57,391 nt of DNA from a virus (IMGVR_UViG_3300027708_000083:1-57391); one strand, 5' to 3'. Positions 8,735 to 18,963 are shown, numbered from the stretch's first letter. Program-made: numbers and translations. Notes: generated by a model from the sequence alone, not told the origin.

Positions 8735-10660
8735 TTACAGCGCAGTGAAGTAGGTATAATTGAAATATCCAGCATCGCCGGTTAATAGATTTTGATACTT
8801 AACTGAAATAGAATAAGGCACTTGGCCGGCCCCGCCTACATAATTACCGCCAGTTTGATCTAAAAAACTAGCTGAGAATGATAATAGAATTGAATTTTGG
8901 TTATTTGGATCTGTGCCGGCAAAATCGTATTCGTCACTCAATTGGATAACTCTGCTGTCAATGTTTGCTGAGATTGTTATTATGCCGCGACGTGTAAAAT
9001 TATTAGAAATACTTTGATAGAAATATTCAATTTCATAATTTATACTGCCAATCGGAGTCCCGTTTTGATCAGTTGAAACAGGTAATCTAAATGCCATAAC
9101 TGGATTAATCACCTGCCCCAACAATATTTGTTGTTGCCCAAATGATTTGTAGTAAGCGTGTCCTGCAACTTCTGGAACATATGGGTGTGATAAATTACTC
9201 GTAGACAGATCACCGGCTCGATCTGATTGATCGTTTAGAGAGGAGTTACCAAATGTGTTGAACCATACCTGCGGATATTGCGAAGCTGATGCATTGCTAC
9301 CACCGTTGTTGCCCACATTGATATATTTGCAATTGGTAGTTGCATTACCAGTGCCCAAGTTTATAAACACAGCTTGGCGCTTGATATTAGAAAATTTACT
9401 GTTTGAAATAGTAGTTTGTCTTGGTCCGTATTGTTGACCAACTGTACTGCCATTAGCACCAATACCTAAACCAAATCCAGTATAACAATCACTAGTGTTT
9501 ATGTTGTCAAATGTGTTGTTTAAAATATCTCCCTTGGCAAATACTCCGTAACTGAATCCGTCAAGTTTGATATTTTTAAATTTATTGCTGTCTGAAGTAA
9601 CAATATTACTAACTGCATTTAATGTGATCCCGCAACTCTGTGCATTGAATGAACTGAAGGCAGTAGCACCTCGGAGATTTATATTTTCAAAAACACATTC
9701 CTTGGCAGCATCGAGTTGGATACAAGTATTAAGACCTGTGGTAACACGAATACTGAGATCACTAATTGTTATGCCTTTTGGCTGAGTAGTTCCTAATGTG
9801 TTACTTATACTACTAGGATTTCCAGCAGTGCTTGCATCGTTGACTAACTGGATAGCAGGCTGTGCTGGAGTCACTGTAAATGTGTTTAGAGTTGCGCCGG
9901 ATGATACTGTTGCAGTCTTATTCAGTGTTATGCTAGCACCAGCAACCACTGACGACACCACTGTGTTGGCTGGGATTCCTGTTCCTACTACTGTTGCGCC
10001 TAACAAGTAGGCAGATGCAGATGTTGTTGACAATACAGCACTGTTGTTAATTGTACTACCTTGGATTGTAATTACTGGGTTATAATATATAAATGTTTTA
10101 TCGGCACCTGCCCCAACAAGGGTAGCATAGCTTGGAATGTATAATGGACTTGTTGTTAAGTAAATTCCTGGAGGGATAGTCAGCGTTACTCTAGTTTTTG
10201 CGGCAGCAATAAGCGGAGTTCCATCAAGATTCGTTGCACTTGATTTCGTTACATTTAAAAATAATTGATTAATTGCACGTTGTAATGCTACTGTATCATT
10301 AGATACACCATTACCAGTAGCTCCAAACTCCGCAGTATTGACCTGATCGTCAAACCTTGCTTGTATAGAGCGAGTTATTTGGGAGTTTACATTAGGACCT
10401 GTGACGATAGTACTGTCTGTGGCCTTGTAGGCATACTGCACTAGCCCTAATAAATTCCCCTGAGCTGTTAGATCGTTTTGTGTAACAATCTTAGTATTAC
10501 CAACAGCAGGAGCACCTTCAGCAACACTTCCGTTACCAATGTATAATTCTTGGGTGTCCACGGCCCATGCCATTTCTCCGCTGGCCAGTTGCGGTAACCC
10601 TGTGCCGGTCTGTGCTTGCCCGCGACGTATTTGTATTCTTGAAATTTGGACAACAGCCAT
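8735..10660 (-). CDS. Tail fibre/baseplate-type virion protein with pectate-lyase-like beta-helix
   Basis: N-terminal QIRRG...LASGEMAW module, FGATGNGVSNDTVALQRAI, and Asn-rich beta-helix repeats. Confidence 0.75.
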   Translation of the reverse strand: MAVVQISRIQIRRGQAQTGTGLPQLASGEMAWAVDTQELYIGNGSVAEGAPAVGNTKIVTQNDLTAQGNLLGLVQYAYKATDSTIVTGPNVNSQITRSIQARFDDQVNTAEFGATGNGVSNDTVALQRAINQLFLNVTKSSATNLDGTPLIAAAKTRVTLTIPPGIYLTTSPLYIPSYATLVGAGADKTFIYYNPVITIQGSTINNSAVLSTTSASAYLLGATVVGTGIPANTVVSSVVAGASITLNKTATVSSGATLNTFTVTPAQPAIQLVNDASTAGNPSSISNTLGTTQPKGITISDLSIRVTTGLNTCIQLDAAKECVFENINLRGATAFSSFNAQSCGITLNAVSNIVTSDSNKFKNIKLDGFSYGVFAKGDILNNTFDNINTSDCYTGFGLGIGANGSTVGQQYGPRQTTISNSKFSNIKRQAVFINLGTGNATTNCKYINVGNNGGSNASASQYPQVWFNTFGNSSLNDQSDRAGDLSTSNLSHPYVPEVAGHAYYKSFGQQQILLGQVINPVMAFRLPVSTDQNGTPIGSINYEIEYFYQSISNNFTRRGIITISANIDSRVIQLSDEYDFAGTDPNNQNSILLSFSASFLDQTGGNYVGGAGQVPYSISVKYQNLLTGDAGYFNYTYFTAL

Positions 10661-10687
10661 GGAAATATCCCCTATATAGGATATTTA

Positions 10688-11404
10688 TCACATCTGTTTG
10701 TAGTATTGTTCCACCTTGTCCCACCACTTAGCTTCCCAATAGCTAAAATCTTCAGGTTTTAATATAAATTCCTGATATACAGGATCTCCCCAAATTAATG
10801 GCTTGATTTCAGGCGGCTTAATACACATTAGCACGACACCTTTGCGTATATTACTTCCGTGTACTTTATTGTGGGCTAGCGCATAGGCAGTTAATTGCAG
10901 ATAATAATCTTCAATCCACTCTTCTTTTTTAGCTTTATTTGTTTGCTTGTAATCTAGGATAGCTTCGTCATTTAGATGAAGCCCGCAGCCGTCAGTAGTT
11001 CCAGCATATATTCCGGGATAGTACAAGGGAACTTCCACACCCCAGACTTCGTTGACATTAGACAACCCTTGTTCAATAACAACCTTGGCCATCTTGTGAC
11101 TTTGTATACTATAAGGATTTGTTCCAGGTTCGTTGATAGAGCCCTGTTTGACATAGTCCTCTAGGAACTTGTGCATACGTGTGCCACGACCGGCCGCTTC
11201 AGTTACGATTTCTTGTGCTTTAACTTCGCCGACACGTTTTTTCCAATTAGCAAGTGCTTGCTTCTTTTCTTCGCTTTTGGTTTTGTCTAGGATTGTAGTT
11301 ACACTAGGAACTTTGCTACCATCTGGTAGTGCATACAGTCTCTTACCTTCTACGCTTTCTCTATTGATAGGTTCGTAGTTATACCGTTCTTTTAATAAAG
11401 TCAT
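10688..11404 (-). CDS. PD-(D/E)XK exonuclease (Cas4/MGME1-like phage exonuclease)
   Basis: PSVTTIL, RGTRMH, AGTTD, ILDYKQ and QLTAYA. Confidence 0.85.
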   Translation of the reverse strand: MTLLKERYNYEPINRESVEGKRLYALPDGSKVPSVTTILDKTKSEEKKQALANWKKRVGEVKAQEIVTEAAGRGTRMHKFLEDYVKQGSINEPGTNPYSIQSHKMAKVVIEQGLSNVNEVWGVEVPLYYPGIYAGTTDGCGLHLNDEAILDYKQTNKAKKEEWIEDYYLQLTAYALAHNKVHGSNIRKGVVLMCIKPPEIKPLIWGDPVYQEFILKPEDFSYWEAKWWDKVEQYYKQM

Positions 11405-11409
11405 CAATA

Positions 11410-11438
11410 ATTATACAACAATTTATAGTGTAAGTCAA
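11410..11438 (-). promoter_or_regulatory. Sigma70-type promoter giving a probable leaderless mRNA
   Basis: TTGACT-N17-TATAAT ending 5 nt before ATG 11404. Confidence 0.7.
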
Positions 11439-11459
11439 TCTTTATTGGCGATGCTAGTA

Positions 11460-12134
11460 CTATCTTTGATACCAAGCAATGTCCCAACCTTTATTTTTTT
11501 TCCAAACTATAGTTCGTATATAATTTTCAAATTCATCAAAATACTCTGTTGGGATTAAATCGATTACAACATGCGTTCTAGAACTAGAACCATTATTAGC
11601 ACCAAAATGTGTGACCATATTGTTAAACTCATATACTGATCCAATTTCCATACACATAGACATATTGCCACAAGTCATTATAGTGTCAGCATTAGTGGTA
11701 ATAGGTACATGTACCCTCTTAGTCATAGTAAACCACCATACAGATCCGTCTTCATTATCTATATGAGGCTTAATTGCTGTTCCCGGAGCCATATAGTTTA
11801 TGTCTGCGATATAGATGGAAAATCCTGGATTTAATTCTTCAACTCTAGTAAATATACCCTCGCATACATCGTATATTTCTGAAATTTCCTCAAAATACTT
11901 TGTTGTTAAAGCAGGGTGAAGTTTTTTAAATTTATGCGAGTATGTGCGAAAGAAGAATGGAAACTGATGCCAGTGTATACCTTTAAACTTTTCTGGAAAA
12001 TGCTGTGTGCGTTCTTCTCTTAGGTTGCCTGCCACACAGGCGGCAAGAGGCTCTAGCATAGATTTATCAATATCGCCTAGTAATATTATAGGAGTATCTG
12101 GTTTAGTGTACCAATGTGTTGAAGGTGTGAGCAT
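11460..12134 (-). CDS. 2OG-Fe(II) oxygenase, AspH-like (paralog 2)
   Basis: PHID...RVHVPI...THFG...RTH facial-triad pattern. Confidence 0.8.
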   Translation of the reverse strand: MLTPSTHWYTKPDTPIILLGDIDKSMLEPLAACVAGNLREERTQHFPEKFKGIHWHQFPFFFRTYSHKFKKLHPALTTKYFEEISEIYDVCEGIFTRVEELNPGFSIYIADINYMAPGTAIKPHIDNEDGSVWWFTMTKRVHVPITTNADTIMTCGNMSMCMEIGSVYEFNNMVTHFGANNGSSSRTHVVIDLIPTEYFDEFENYIRTIVWKKNKGWDIAWYQR

Positions 12135-12155
12135 AGTTTTTTAAGGATAACGGCT

Positions 12156-12827
12156 TTATTTTGTCCACCATGATTTTCCTTGACTATTTCCTTTCCAAAA
12201 TATGTTTACTATATAATTTTCAAATTCATCAAAATATTCAGTTGGAACAAGATCTAATACTATGTGGGTTCTCGGACTGGTGCCATTGTTGGCGCCAGAA
12301 TGCATTACTATATTATTAAACTCATATACTGACCCAATTTCCATACACATAGACATATTGCCACAAGTCATCATAGTTTCAGCATTGGTAGTGATTGGCA
12401 CATGCACTCTGCGAGTCATGTTTATCCACCAAAATTCTCCAGTGGAATTATCTACGTGAGCTTTAATGCAAGCCGCGGGCGACATGTAATTAACTTCGGC
12501 TAGATAGATACTGAATCCAGGATTTAGCTCTTCAACTCTAGCAAATATATCTTGAGATAACTCGTTTATTTTTACTATTTGATCGTACTTATTTTCGTTC
12601 GCAGGATTATCTAATAAGTGCATGTGATCTTGATATTTTCGAAAGAAAAAAGGAAACTGCATCCAATGTATTCCATCCCACCATTCTGGATATCTTCTTA
12701 CTCGTTCTGCTTTTATGTTACCTAATATATAGGTTGCAAGTGGTTCAAGTATTGACCTTTCAATACTTCCTAGTAATATTATAGGAGTGTCAGGTTTTGT
12801 ATACCAATGTGTTGAAGGTATGGGCAT
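12156..12827 (-). CDS. 2OG-Fe(II) oxygenase, AspH-like (paralog 1)
   Basis: AHVD...RVHVPI...MHSG...RTH. Collinear with the neighbouring paralog. Confidence 0.8.
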   Translation of the reverse strand: MPIPSTHWYTKPDTPIILLGSIERSILEPLATYILGNIKAERVRRYPEWWDGIHWMQFPFFFRKYQDHMHLLDNPANENKYDQIVKINELSQDIFARVEELNPGFSIYLAEVNYMSPAACIKAHVDNSTGEFWWINMTRRVHVPITTNAETMMTCGNMSMCMEIGSVYEFNNIVMHSGANNGTSPRTHIVLDLVPTEYFDEFENYIVNIFWKGNSQGKSWWTK

Positions 12828-12830
12828 ACG

Positions 12831-13142
12831 TTATTTCTTTAATGCTTTGCCTGTAGCTCTTTTAGCCATTTGGCTTATTTTGCTTTTCTTGTTGCCGCCA
12901 TGCTTTTCAGGTTCGGCGGCATTGGTTTTGATTACTAAACCGTGCCCGTCAAAGCGATCAACGATCTGTTTAAGCATAGGATCATTTTCCCAACGTGCGG
13001 CAAACTGATCGTAACGGATCATCGGAGCACCTTGATTTTTACTAATGGAGTTTATTGCATCCCAGGTGTAAGAACCTTGGGCATTTTTGTTATTGGCATT
13101 AGCTTGGAGACTCATTAGTGTTGCCACTAATGGGTCGCCCAT
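12831..13142 (-). CDS. Hypothetical protein in the putative head cluster
   Basis: 103-aa ORF ending ISQMAKRA. Confidence 0.65.
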   Translation of the reverse strand: MGDPLVATLMSLQANANNKNAQGSYTWDAINSISKNQGAPMIRYDQFAARWENDPMLKQIVDRFDGHGLVIKTNAAEPEKHGGNKKSKISQMAKRATGKALKK

Positions 13143-13150
13143 ACTTTCAA

Positions 13151-14125
13151 TTACTTTTTTTTTGAGTTCAGTAACATGCCTAGTCGACGACTGTAGTCGA
13201 CACTTTCACGCTTTTCACGGCCAGCGTCTGGAGCTGGCATTGCGCCTGCTTCTTCTGGAGTGCCGCCCATTTCGCCGCCTGCTTCTGGAGCACCAACTGG
13301 AGGCATACCGCCGCCTGCTGGAGCACCGCCCATTGTTGGAGCCTCACCGCCTGATACTAGTGCCAATGCGCCTGACAAGCCTTGACGGCTTGTTTCTAAT
13401 GCTGTATAAATTGCTTCAAGGGCTGGTTTTACTTGTTCTGTATATTGTTGCGCAACATCGCTGCCTAGGGTTTCTCTTATAGAGTCTGTTAATTCTAGTA
13501 GTTGTTCTGCTTTCATTGCAGCCACATCTTCTAGCCAGCCTGTGATACGGTCAACCATATCTTTTGTTGCCATGATAACTTCAGCTTTGTCTTCTTCGCC
13601 TTCTGCTAGGTATACAATATGATTAGCCACTGCTTCACTTAGATCATATCGTGTTGTTAATTCTGCTGTGAGTTCTTCTTCATCTGATTCGCCTAATTCA
13701 ATGCGCTCAATAGCTGAATCAATCCATGACTCAGGAACTGAATGCTCCATAGCTTTTTCTTTTAATTTATCTGCGTGTACTTTTTTACGTAGTTCTGCTT
13801 TCTTCTCAGCCTTGTGTTCATGTTCTTCTTCATCGCACTCACATGGATTCTTGTTGCATGCATCACAACAATCTTCTCTTTCTAAAATTGCCTGGTTAAC
13901 ACAGTCTAACATTAGTCGTGTTTTTTGATATTCAGTGCTTTCTAGCATTCCGTCATAGCTTTCATTAACTTCAAGCTGACTAATTTTAGTACGTAGCTTA
14001 TTGCGAGCGTCCTCTAGTTGGACATCGCTGAATTGTTCGAAATTAATAGTATAGCCAAATTTCTTTGCCATACTTTCATTTAAACGCTTGCTAGTAACAG
14101 GTTTTGATAAGTCTCTAATTTGCAT
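13151..14125 (-). CDS. Acidic coiled-coil protein, putative prohead core/scaffold
   Basis: Glu-rich helical sequence with many L/I-x-E sites and a Gly/Pro/Glu tail; TAAATA upstream. Confidence 0.55.
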   Translation of the reverse strand: MQIRDLSKPVTSKRLNESMAKKFGYTINFEQFSDVQLEDARNKLRTKISQLEVNESYDGMLESTEYQKTRLMLDCVNQAILEREDCCDACNKNPCECDEEEHEHKAEKKAELRKKVHADKLKEKAMEHSVPESWIDSAIERIELGESDEEELTAELTTRYDLSEAVANHIVYLAEGEEDKAEVIMATKDMVDRITGWLEDVAAMKAEQLLELTDSIRETLGSDVAQQYTEQVKPALEAIYTALETSRQGLSGALALVSGGEAPTMGGAPAGGGMPPVGAPEAGGEMGGTPEEAGAMPAPDAGREKRESVDYSRRLGMLLNSKKK

Positions 14126-14155
14126 GGTGGTATCCTAAGCTTCTATTGTATGTAT

Positions 14156-14638
14156 TTATACGAACGACCACTTAAACATCTTGGAAATCCTGTCCTTGAA
14201 TTGTTCAGTTAGTAATCTGCTGTGTTCTAATCTAGTTAATAATATTTGAAATCTTTCAAAATCTTTAGCTTTTTGTATATTATGTGCGTAAATTAAGGTG
14301 TCTGAGTAGTTTGCCCAGTATTGATTGTCGAGTTCTTTAATTTCAAAGAACTTTTCTAAAAATGTCTTGCTGTATGCTCTGGCCGCTAACAGGGCACTGG
14401 TTTTTAAGAAAAACTGTTCTATCAAATCTCGAGAGTTTATATTGTATAATCCCCAGTTGCCAGTGGCTTGTTGTCTGATCACAAATGTTTTATAAACAAT
14501 ACTGCCGTCGGGCTGTATTGCAATAGGCAGTTTAGCATTTAAGGTTTCCTCAAAATGCTGAGCCAGCTCTTTAATCATTTTAGATTTATTTTTAAGAGCA
14601 GGAGTTTTAGGTTTTGTATTTTTAGATTGTTTTTTCAT
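14156..14638 (-). CDS. Hypothetical protein
   Basis: ORF in the operon; start could be 14638 or 14578. Confidence 0.65.
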   Translation of the reverse strand: MKKQSKNTKPKTPALKNKSKMIKELAQHFEETLNAKLPIAIQPDGSIVYKTFVIRQQATGNWGLYNINSRDLIEQFFLKTSALLAARAYSKTFLEKFFEIKELDNQYWANYSDTLIYAHNIQKAKDFERFQILLTRLEHSRLLTEQFKDRISKMFKWSFV

Positions 14639-14828
14639 TTGCAACTACAGTAGGATCTTTCATTCCACTCTTAGTTACCAAACTCTTACGTATGAGTGTC
14701 TGAATCCTGAATTGATCATGCTCACTCAGGTTGCTTAATTTAACAGGGGTCTTTAATCTGGACAGCAACTCTGCTTCTTCATTAGTTGTCCAGATTCCAA
14801 ACTCACCTACTAATTCGTTTATTTTCAT
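14622..14828 (-). CDS. Hypothetical protein (MKINEL start)
   Basis: 68-aa ORF with ATGA overlap. Confidence 0.65.
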   Translation of the reverse strand: MKINELVGEFGIWTTNEEAELLSRLKTPVKLSNLSEHDQFRIQTLIRKSLVTKSGMKDPTVVANEKTI

Positions 14829-15541
14829 CGTAGACCTGCAATTCGCAACATGTGTTCTAATTCAGATTTAGCACCGAATGTATTGGCTCTTTCATTTACA
14901 TGAGCATGACCTAACTCATCTTCAGGTTGTGCTAGGATATCAGCGATGTATGCATCTCCAGCATCTCGGCCTATTTCGCCATGATTTTCTTTTGTGGGCT
15001 CATTGCGGCTTGGAAACGGACTTTGTGCTTCGTCAACTCCCCCACCGTGGAATTTGTGTGTCAAATGGTGTGCATAATTTTCGATATCGCCTGGGTGGAC
15101 TTTATCCGACAAGAAGTGTAGTGCCTTATTGAATACCATGTCATGGTCCCCACTATCATCGTCGTGCGGAGCATGCTCACTATTCATCCAATCGTGAAAA
15201 TGTGCATGACTTGGATGCTCATGTTCATCTTCTTCGTAGTCTTCCGATGTCTGTACTACCTTGTCGCCTACTAGGTCGGATCCCGGTGTAGCCGGTACTT
15301 GTTGAGTAGTATCATCTTTGGCAACCATGTCTTTTGCCGGCATTGTTGTTGTTTTGCCATCGGGTGTTTTCATTTGAACATTACCGTCTGGTCCTGGAGG
15401 AGCTGTGATAGTACCTAGTTCCTTATCTTCCTCGTTCATGGGAGCTTCGGGTTTCTTGGGCTCAATTGTATTGATAGGTTTTTTAGTGTAGATTTTGGCT
15501 CTACGACCTTTAGCATGTTCTACGATATCACTGATCTTCAT
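14825..15541 (-). CDS. Acidic His-rich putative internal head protein
   Basis: MKISDIVE start and LEHMLRIAGL C-terminus. Confidence 0.6.
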   Translation of the reverse strand: MKISDIVEHAKGRRAKIYTKKPINTIEPKKPEAPMNEEDKELGTITAPPGPDGNVQMKTPDGKTTTMPAKDMVAKDDTTQQVPATPGSDLVGDKVVQTSEDYEEDEHEHPSHAHFHDWMNSEHAPHDDDSGDHDMVFNKALHFLSDKVHPGDIENYAHHLTHKFHGGGVDEAQSPFPSRNEPTKENHGEIGRDAGDAYIADILAQPEDELGHAHVNERANTFGAKSELEHMLRIAGLR

Positions 15542-16238
15542 GGTGTTCTCCCAGGCTTAATTTAGCACTTGTTAATTTGTCAATGTGTTTACGAAACTTG
15601 TCAATTTTTCCACGAGCACGTAGTAGTTTAAAAGCTAGGTTTTCTACTGAATACTCGCCACCAGCTTGAAGTCCAGTTTGGCGCAGTCTACGAATATCCG
15701 ACATTGTTTCTTCAGCTGTATTTAAGTCATTTGAGCGCATTGCTTGATTGATCTTACTGGCATAATTTCGAGCTTTGCTTTTAACTTCGGCATCTCGAAT
15801 GTGTGGAATTTTGTGAGTAGGTTTAACTAACCAGTGATCGTTTAGTACAGAGTATATGCCTGCTGAATGATGCGGCTGTTGCACATCTTGCACATACAAT
15901 TCTACATCAATACCTTTGATGTTGATGTCATATGTAAAGTTATACTGATTCTTTTTGGCAGTGTATAGTTCAGCTAGTTCTGGTTGATCTTTGGGCATGT
16001 CAACTACTAGATGCAGATCTAGGTCACTATGCGGGCCATACCCATACGCGGCATTTGATCCACTGATCGTGATATCTCTTAAGTTTAACTTTGTAACATT
16101 TAGAAACTTGGCAAAATGCAAAGCTATTGACATCAACTTGTATCGAACTGTGGTTTCTAAATGATTATTCTCCCACAGTAGGGGATTAAGTTCGCTGTTA
16201 TAGGTAACAGGGGATATTGAGATCTCTTGAAAGTTCAT
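15528..16238 (-). CDS. Pol-beta-superfamily nucleotidyltransferase-like protein
   Basis: ISGSNA...SDLDLH...VELYVQD pattern. Confidence 0.7.
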   Translation of the reverse strand: MNFQEISISPVTYNSELNPLLWENNHLETTVRYKLMSIALHFAKFLNVTKLNLRDITISGSNAAYGYGPHSDLDLHLVVDMPKDQPELAELYTAKKNQYNFTYDINIKGIDVELYVQDVQQPHHSAGIYSVLNDHWLVKPTHKIPHIRDAEVKSKARNYASKINQAMRSNDLNTAEETMSDIRRLRQTGLQAGGEYSVENLAFKLLRARGKIDKFRKHIDKLTSAKLSLGEHHEDQ

Positions 16239-16254
16239 ACTGTATTTAACAGTA

Positions 16255-16656
16255 TTATAAGCCTAAGAACTTTAATATGTGTGGAAAGTTAACAGCATTG
16301 ATCCAACCTGTGCCTGCGGCAAATGCCAGACCAACCATGGCATACGTGGTGTACTTGTTTTTGACTTTTTCTAAGTCGCCAATTTTGCCAGCTAATTCAT
16401 TGTGTTGTGCAGACTGTTGTTCATTTAAATGATTGGCATGCTCATAGTACTTTTCAGCATTACTACGATATTCATTGGTCATCTTGTCCAACTGTGCCAA
16501 GACTACATCACGAGTATTGTCAAGACATTCGTGCATGTCTTTAACATCGGCCTTGAGGTCGACGATCTGTTCTTTGAGTGATTCTACTTTGGTTTCAACT
16601 ATGCCTACACGCTCTGGTAACATAGCTATTTGTGCTACAGCTTCTTTCGTGGCCAT
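16255..16656 (-). CDS. Coiled-coil protein with C-terminal TM helix (possibly lysis-related)
   Basis: Heptad repeats then YAMVGLAFAAGTGW. Start at MATKE behind GGAG. Confidence 0.6.
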   Translation of the reverse strand: MATKEAVAQIAMLPERVGIVETKVESLKEQIVDLKADVKDMHECLDNTRDVVLAQLDKMTNEYRSNAEKYYEHANHLNEQQSAQHNELAGKIGDLEKVKNKYTTYAMVGLAFAAGTGWINAVNFPHILKFLGL

Positions 16657-16796
16657 TCTGGGCTCTCCAATGTTATAAGTCAAGTGCTCGCTCCGAGCCA
16701 TGTGCCTAATTTATGATTGAATGCCTATGTGCCTTTGTAGTATAGTAATTACACTGATAGTATTTATTAATATATGCGAGATATTATAGCACTAGT

Positions 16797-17198
16797 TTAT
16801 TTTTTAAAGAAACTAATATTCTTACCAGGATCGTATGTGTTGAATACTGCGTACTCCTGTTCCATATCTTCGTCTAAGTTATTTATGTAGGGAACTAAAT
16901 GAAAGTCCTGTAGCAACATACCAACTGGATCACCGTCGACCTCATAGTTAAAGTCAAGATCTGTGGACCAATCAAATCTCCAAACTCGTATAATCTTATC
17001 AGTATCAAACCCAACAAGTCTTCCGCATACTTCTGTTACGTCGGGCTTGTATGTCCACACAATATTAGATCGTATACCCAGTGTTTGTATAATTGTGTTA
17101 AAGTTTTGTTCTTTTTTGTGTGCAATTTCAGATCCCGGAACAGACCTATGCTGTCCAGTATGTGTAATATCAACAAGTGTGTAGAGTTTGTATTCCAT
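16797..17198 (-). CDS. Conserved phage hypothetical protein
   Basis: YTLVDIT.TG...QNFNTIIQTLGIR motif; TAAATA 4 nt upstream. Confidence 0.65.
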   Translation of the reverse strand: MEYKLYTLVDITHTGQHRSVPGSEIAHKKEQNFNTIIQTLGIRSNIVWTYKPDVTEVCGRLVGFDTDKIIRVWRFDWSTDLDFNYEVDGDPVGMLLQDFHLVPYINNLDEDMEQEYAVFNTYDPGKNISFFKK

Positions 17199-17215
17199 CA
17201 CATATTTAACAGTCG

Positions 17216-17245
17216 TAAAAAAGCCCCACTATAAAAGTGAGGCTT
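17216..17245 (-). terminator. Rho-independent terminator
   Basis: AAGCCTCAC-loop-GTGGGGCTT followed by a T-run on the minus strand. Confidence 0.75.
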
Positions 17246-17274
17246 AGTCTTCCCATCCCTGAGAAATAAAGCTA

Positions 17275-17760
17275 TTAAGCGAAAGCAACGCCTGTGGCAT
17301 CAGTAGTCACGGTTGCGATAGTGCATGTAGATGAACCACCAAATCCTAGACTAGCTACAACGGCTGCTTCTAGATCACCGTATGATCCGTCTGCTGTGTT
17401 ACCAGTTGTGTCGCTGTCATTAACTGTGTCTTCTGTAACAAGAACCAAGAAACCAGTTGTACCAGGTGTGAATACTTGGTAAATTTCAGCGCCAACTTGT
17501 AGTGCGCGAACTGCTTTAGAGAATGCGCTGTTTGAAGCTTGGTAACCTGTACCAACTACTGAGTAAGCGGCGCCGCCGGATAGACCTGTATCTTTTTGGA
17601 ACGCTACTGCTGTTGAACCGTCGTTTCCTGTTGCTGTTACTTTCAATACACGTAATTGACGTGTTCCAAAGTTACTGAATAGTGAACCTACACCGTAACC
17701 TTGTTGTGGGACCATACGTCCGTAATTTGTTGCTACTGTTGTACCTAATAGTGATGGCAT
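17275..17760 (-). CDS. Ala/Gly/Thr-rich putative abundant virion protein
   Basis: Strong AGGAG RBS, hairpinned leader and its own terminator. Confidence 0.6.
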   Translation of the reverse strand: MPSLLGTTVATNYGRMVPQQGYGVGSLFSNFGTRQLRVLKVTATGNDGSTAVAFQKDTGLSGGAAYSVVGTGYQASNSAFSKAVRALQVGAEIYQVFTPGTTGFLVLVTEDTVNDSDTTGNTADGSYGDLEAAVVASLGFGGSSTCTIATVTTDATGVAFA

Positions 17761-17857
17761 AATTTTTCTCCTAAATGTCCATAACTGCTCGAACTCTTCG
17801 AGCGGCTTATTAAAAAGCCTTTGTAATATTATTTACCACTTTGGGCAAAAACCGGGC

Positions 17858-18700
17858 TCAAAGAGACATTTTTTGGCGTATAGCTTTGAACCAATCTACG
17901 GTACCTTCTTGCAGATGCGGGTACTTTTTAGCCATATCTGCACGGAATTGTTCTAAGCGTGGGCTATTGATGCCGCCCACTCGAGCAATAATACTTTCTA
18001 CATTGCCTAGATCTTCAGCAGTTGCTCCAGCACCTAGCGCAATTTCAGCTACTTTGTCTATGTCACGTGTGACTACTTCGCCAGTAGCACGATCTTGTAG
18101 TGCTCCACCAAAGCCGTTGTATTGGAATGTTTTAGGAGGATGTCCTGGGATAGTATTAATCACACTGGCCATGGCAAACTGTTGATCTTGTCCACCGTAG
18201 GGACTATCTTTAACAGAATAGTCGTGCTCATGATGTTTACCTATTTCATGTGCATGTTCCATGATCATTAGATCTATCTGAAAGTATGTGGGCAATCCTT
18301 CTATTTCGTGCCCGGTAGGATAGCCTATGTGTACATTCTTACCTATTTGCAGTGTGGGATAGTGCTGAGTCATGTGCTGTGCTACTGCTTTGCGTACACC
18401 AGCATCATCTGTACCAGGGTCTAGCTGTAATTTTTGTTTAATACTGACTGCGTCCATGAACACATCTACATCGCCGCTGTCAATTTTACTAGTACCTTTG
18501 TGTGCATACCTGTGTTCCGGATCAAACGAACCAGCACCGCCACTGCGCCAGAATCCAGAGTCGCCTATACTTTCTAACACAGGCTGTAGTCCGTTCTTTA
18601 TTTCCATATACTGAGTTGGTGTTAGGCGAACCAGCACACCCTTAGTTGGACCGTTGGCTAGTATATCTATGCCTAGCTTTTTAAGTGCATTACCGCTCAT
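17858..18700 (-). CDS. Nucleotidyltransferase-like protein (pol X/beta fold)
   Basis: GAGS...DSGDVDV...FQIDLM pattern. Confidence 0.65.
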   Translation of the reverse strand: MSGNALKKLGIDILANGPTKGVLVRLTPTQYMEIKNGLQPVLESIGDSGFWRSGGAGSFDPEHRYAHKGTSKIDSGDVDVFMDAVSIKQKLQLDPGTDDAGVRKAVAQHMTQHYPTLQIGKNVHIGYPTGHEIEGLPTYFQIDLMIMEHAHEIGKHHEHDYSVKDSPYGGQDQQFAMASVINTIPGHPPKTFQYNGFGGALQDRATGEVVTRDIDKVAEIALGAGATAEDLGNVESIIARVGGINSPRLEQFRADMAKKYPHLQEGTVDWFKAIRQKMSL

Positions 18701-18963
18701 TCTTTTGATTCCTGGATACGTTTGATACCACGTTTGAACTTGGTAGCATCACTAGTTCTAATGCTATTGATAAATCTACGCTCTAACTCAGCGGCAGTTT
18801 CTATGTCATAGTTTTCTCGAATCATAGTCAGTAGATTGATAGCACTTTGGATAATGTTTGAGCCGCGGCTCTCTATGACTAGATCCGAATTTCGGCTTAG
18901 ACCAATGTCGTTTAACTCTTGTAAAATACTTCTAGTGCTTTTTCGCATGAATTTAGTTTCCAA
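18697..18963 (-). CDS. Conserved phage hypothetical protein
   Basis: TRSILQEL...ELERRFINSIR...KFKRG. Start could be TTG 18963 or ATG 18948. Confidence 0.65.
   Translation of the reverse strand: METKFMRKSTRSILQELNDIGLSRNSDLVIESRGSNIIQSAINLLTMIRENYDIETAAELERRFINSIRTSDATKFKRGIKRIQESKE

Noticed and set aside
10688-11404. Cas4 of a CRISPR system
   Set aside because: It lacks the four-Cys Fe-S motif and any cas or array context; it is better explained as a phage exonuclease.
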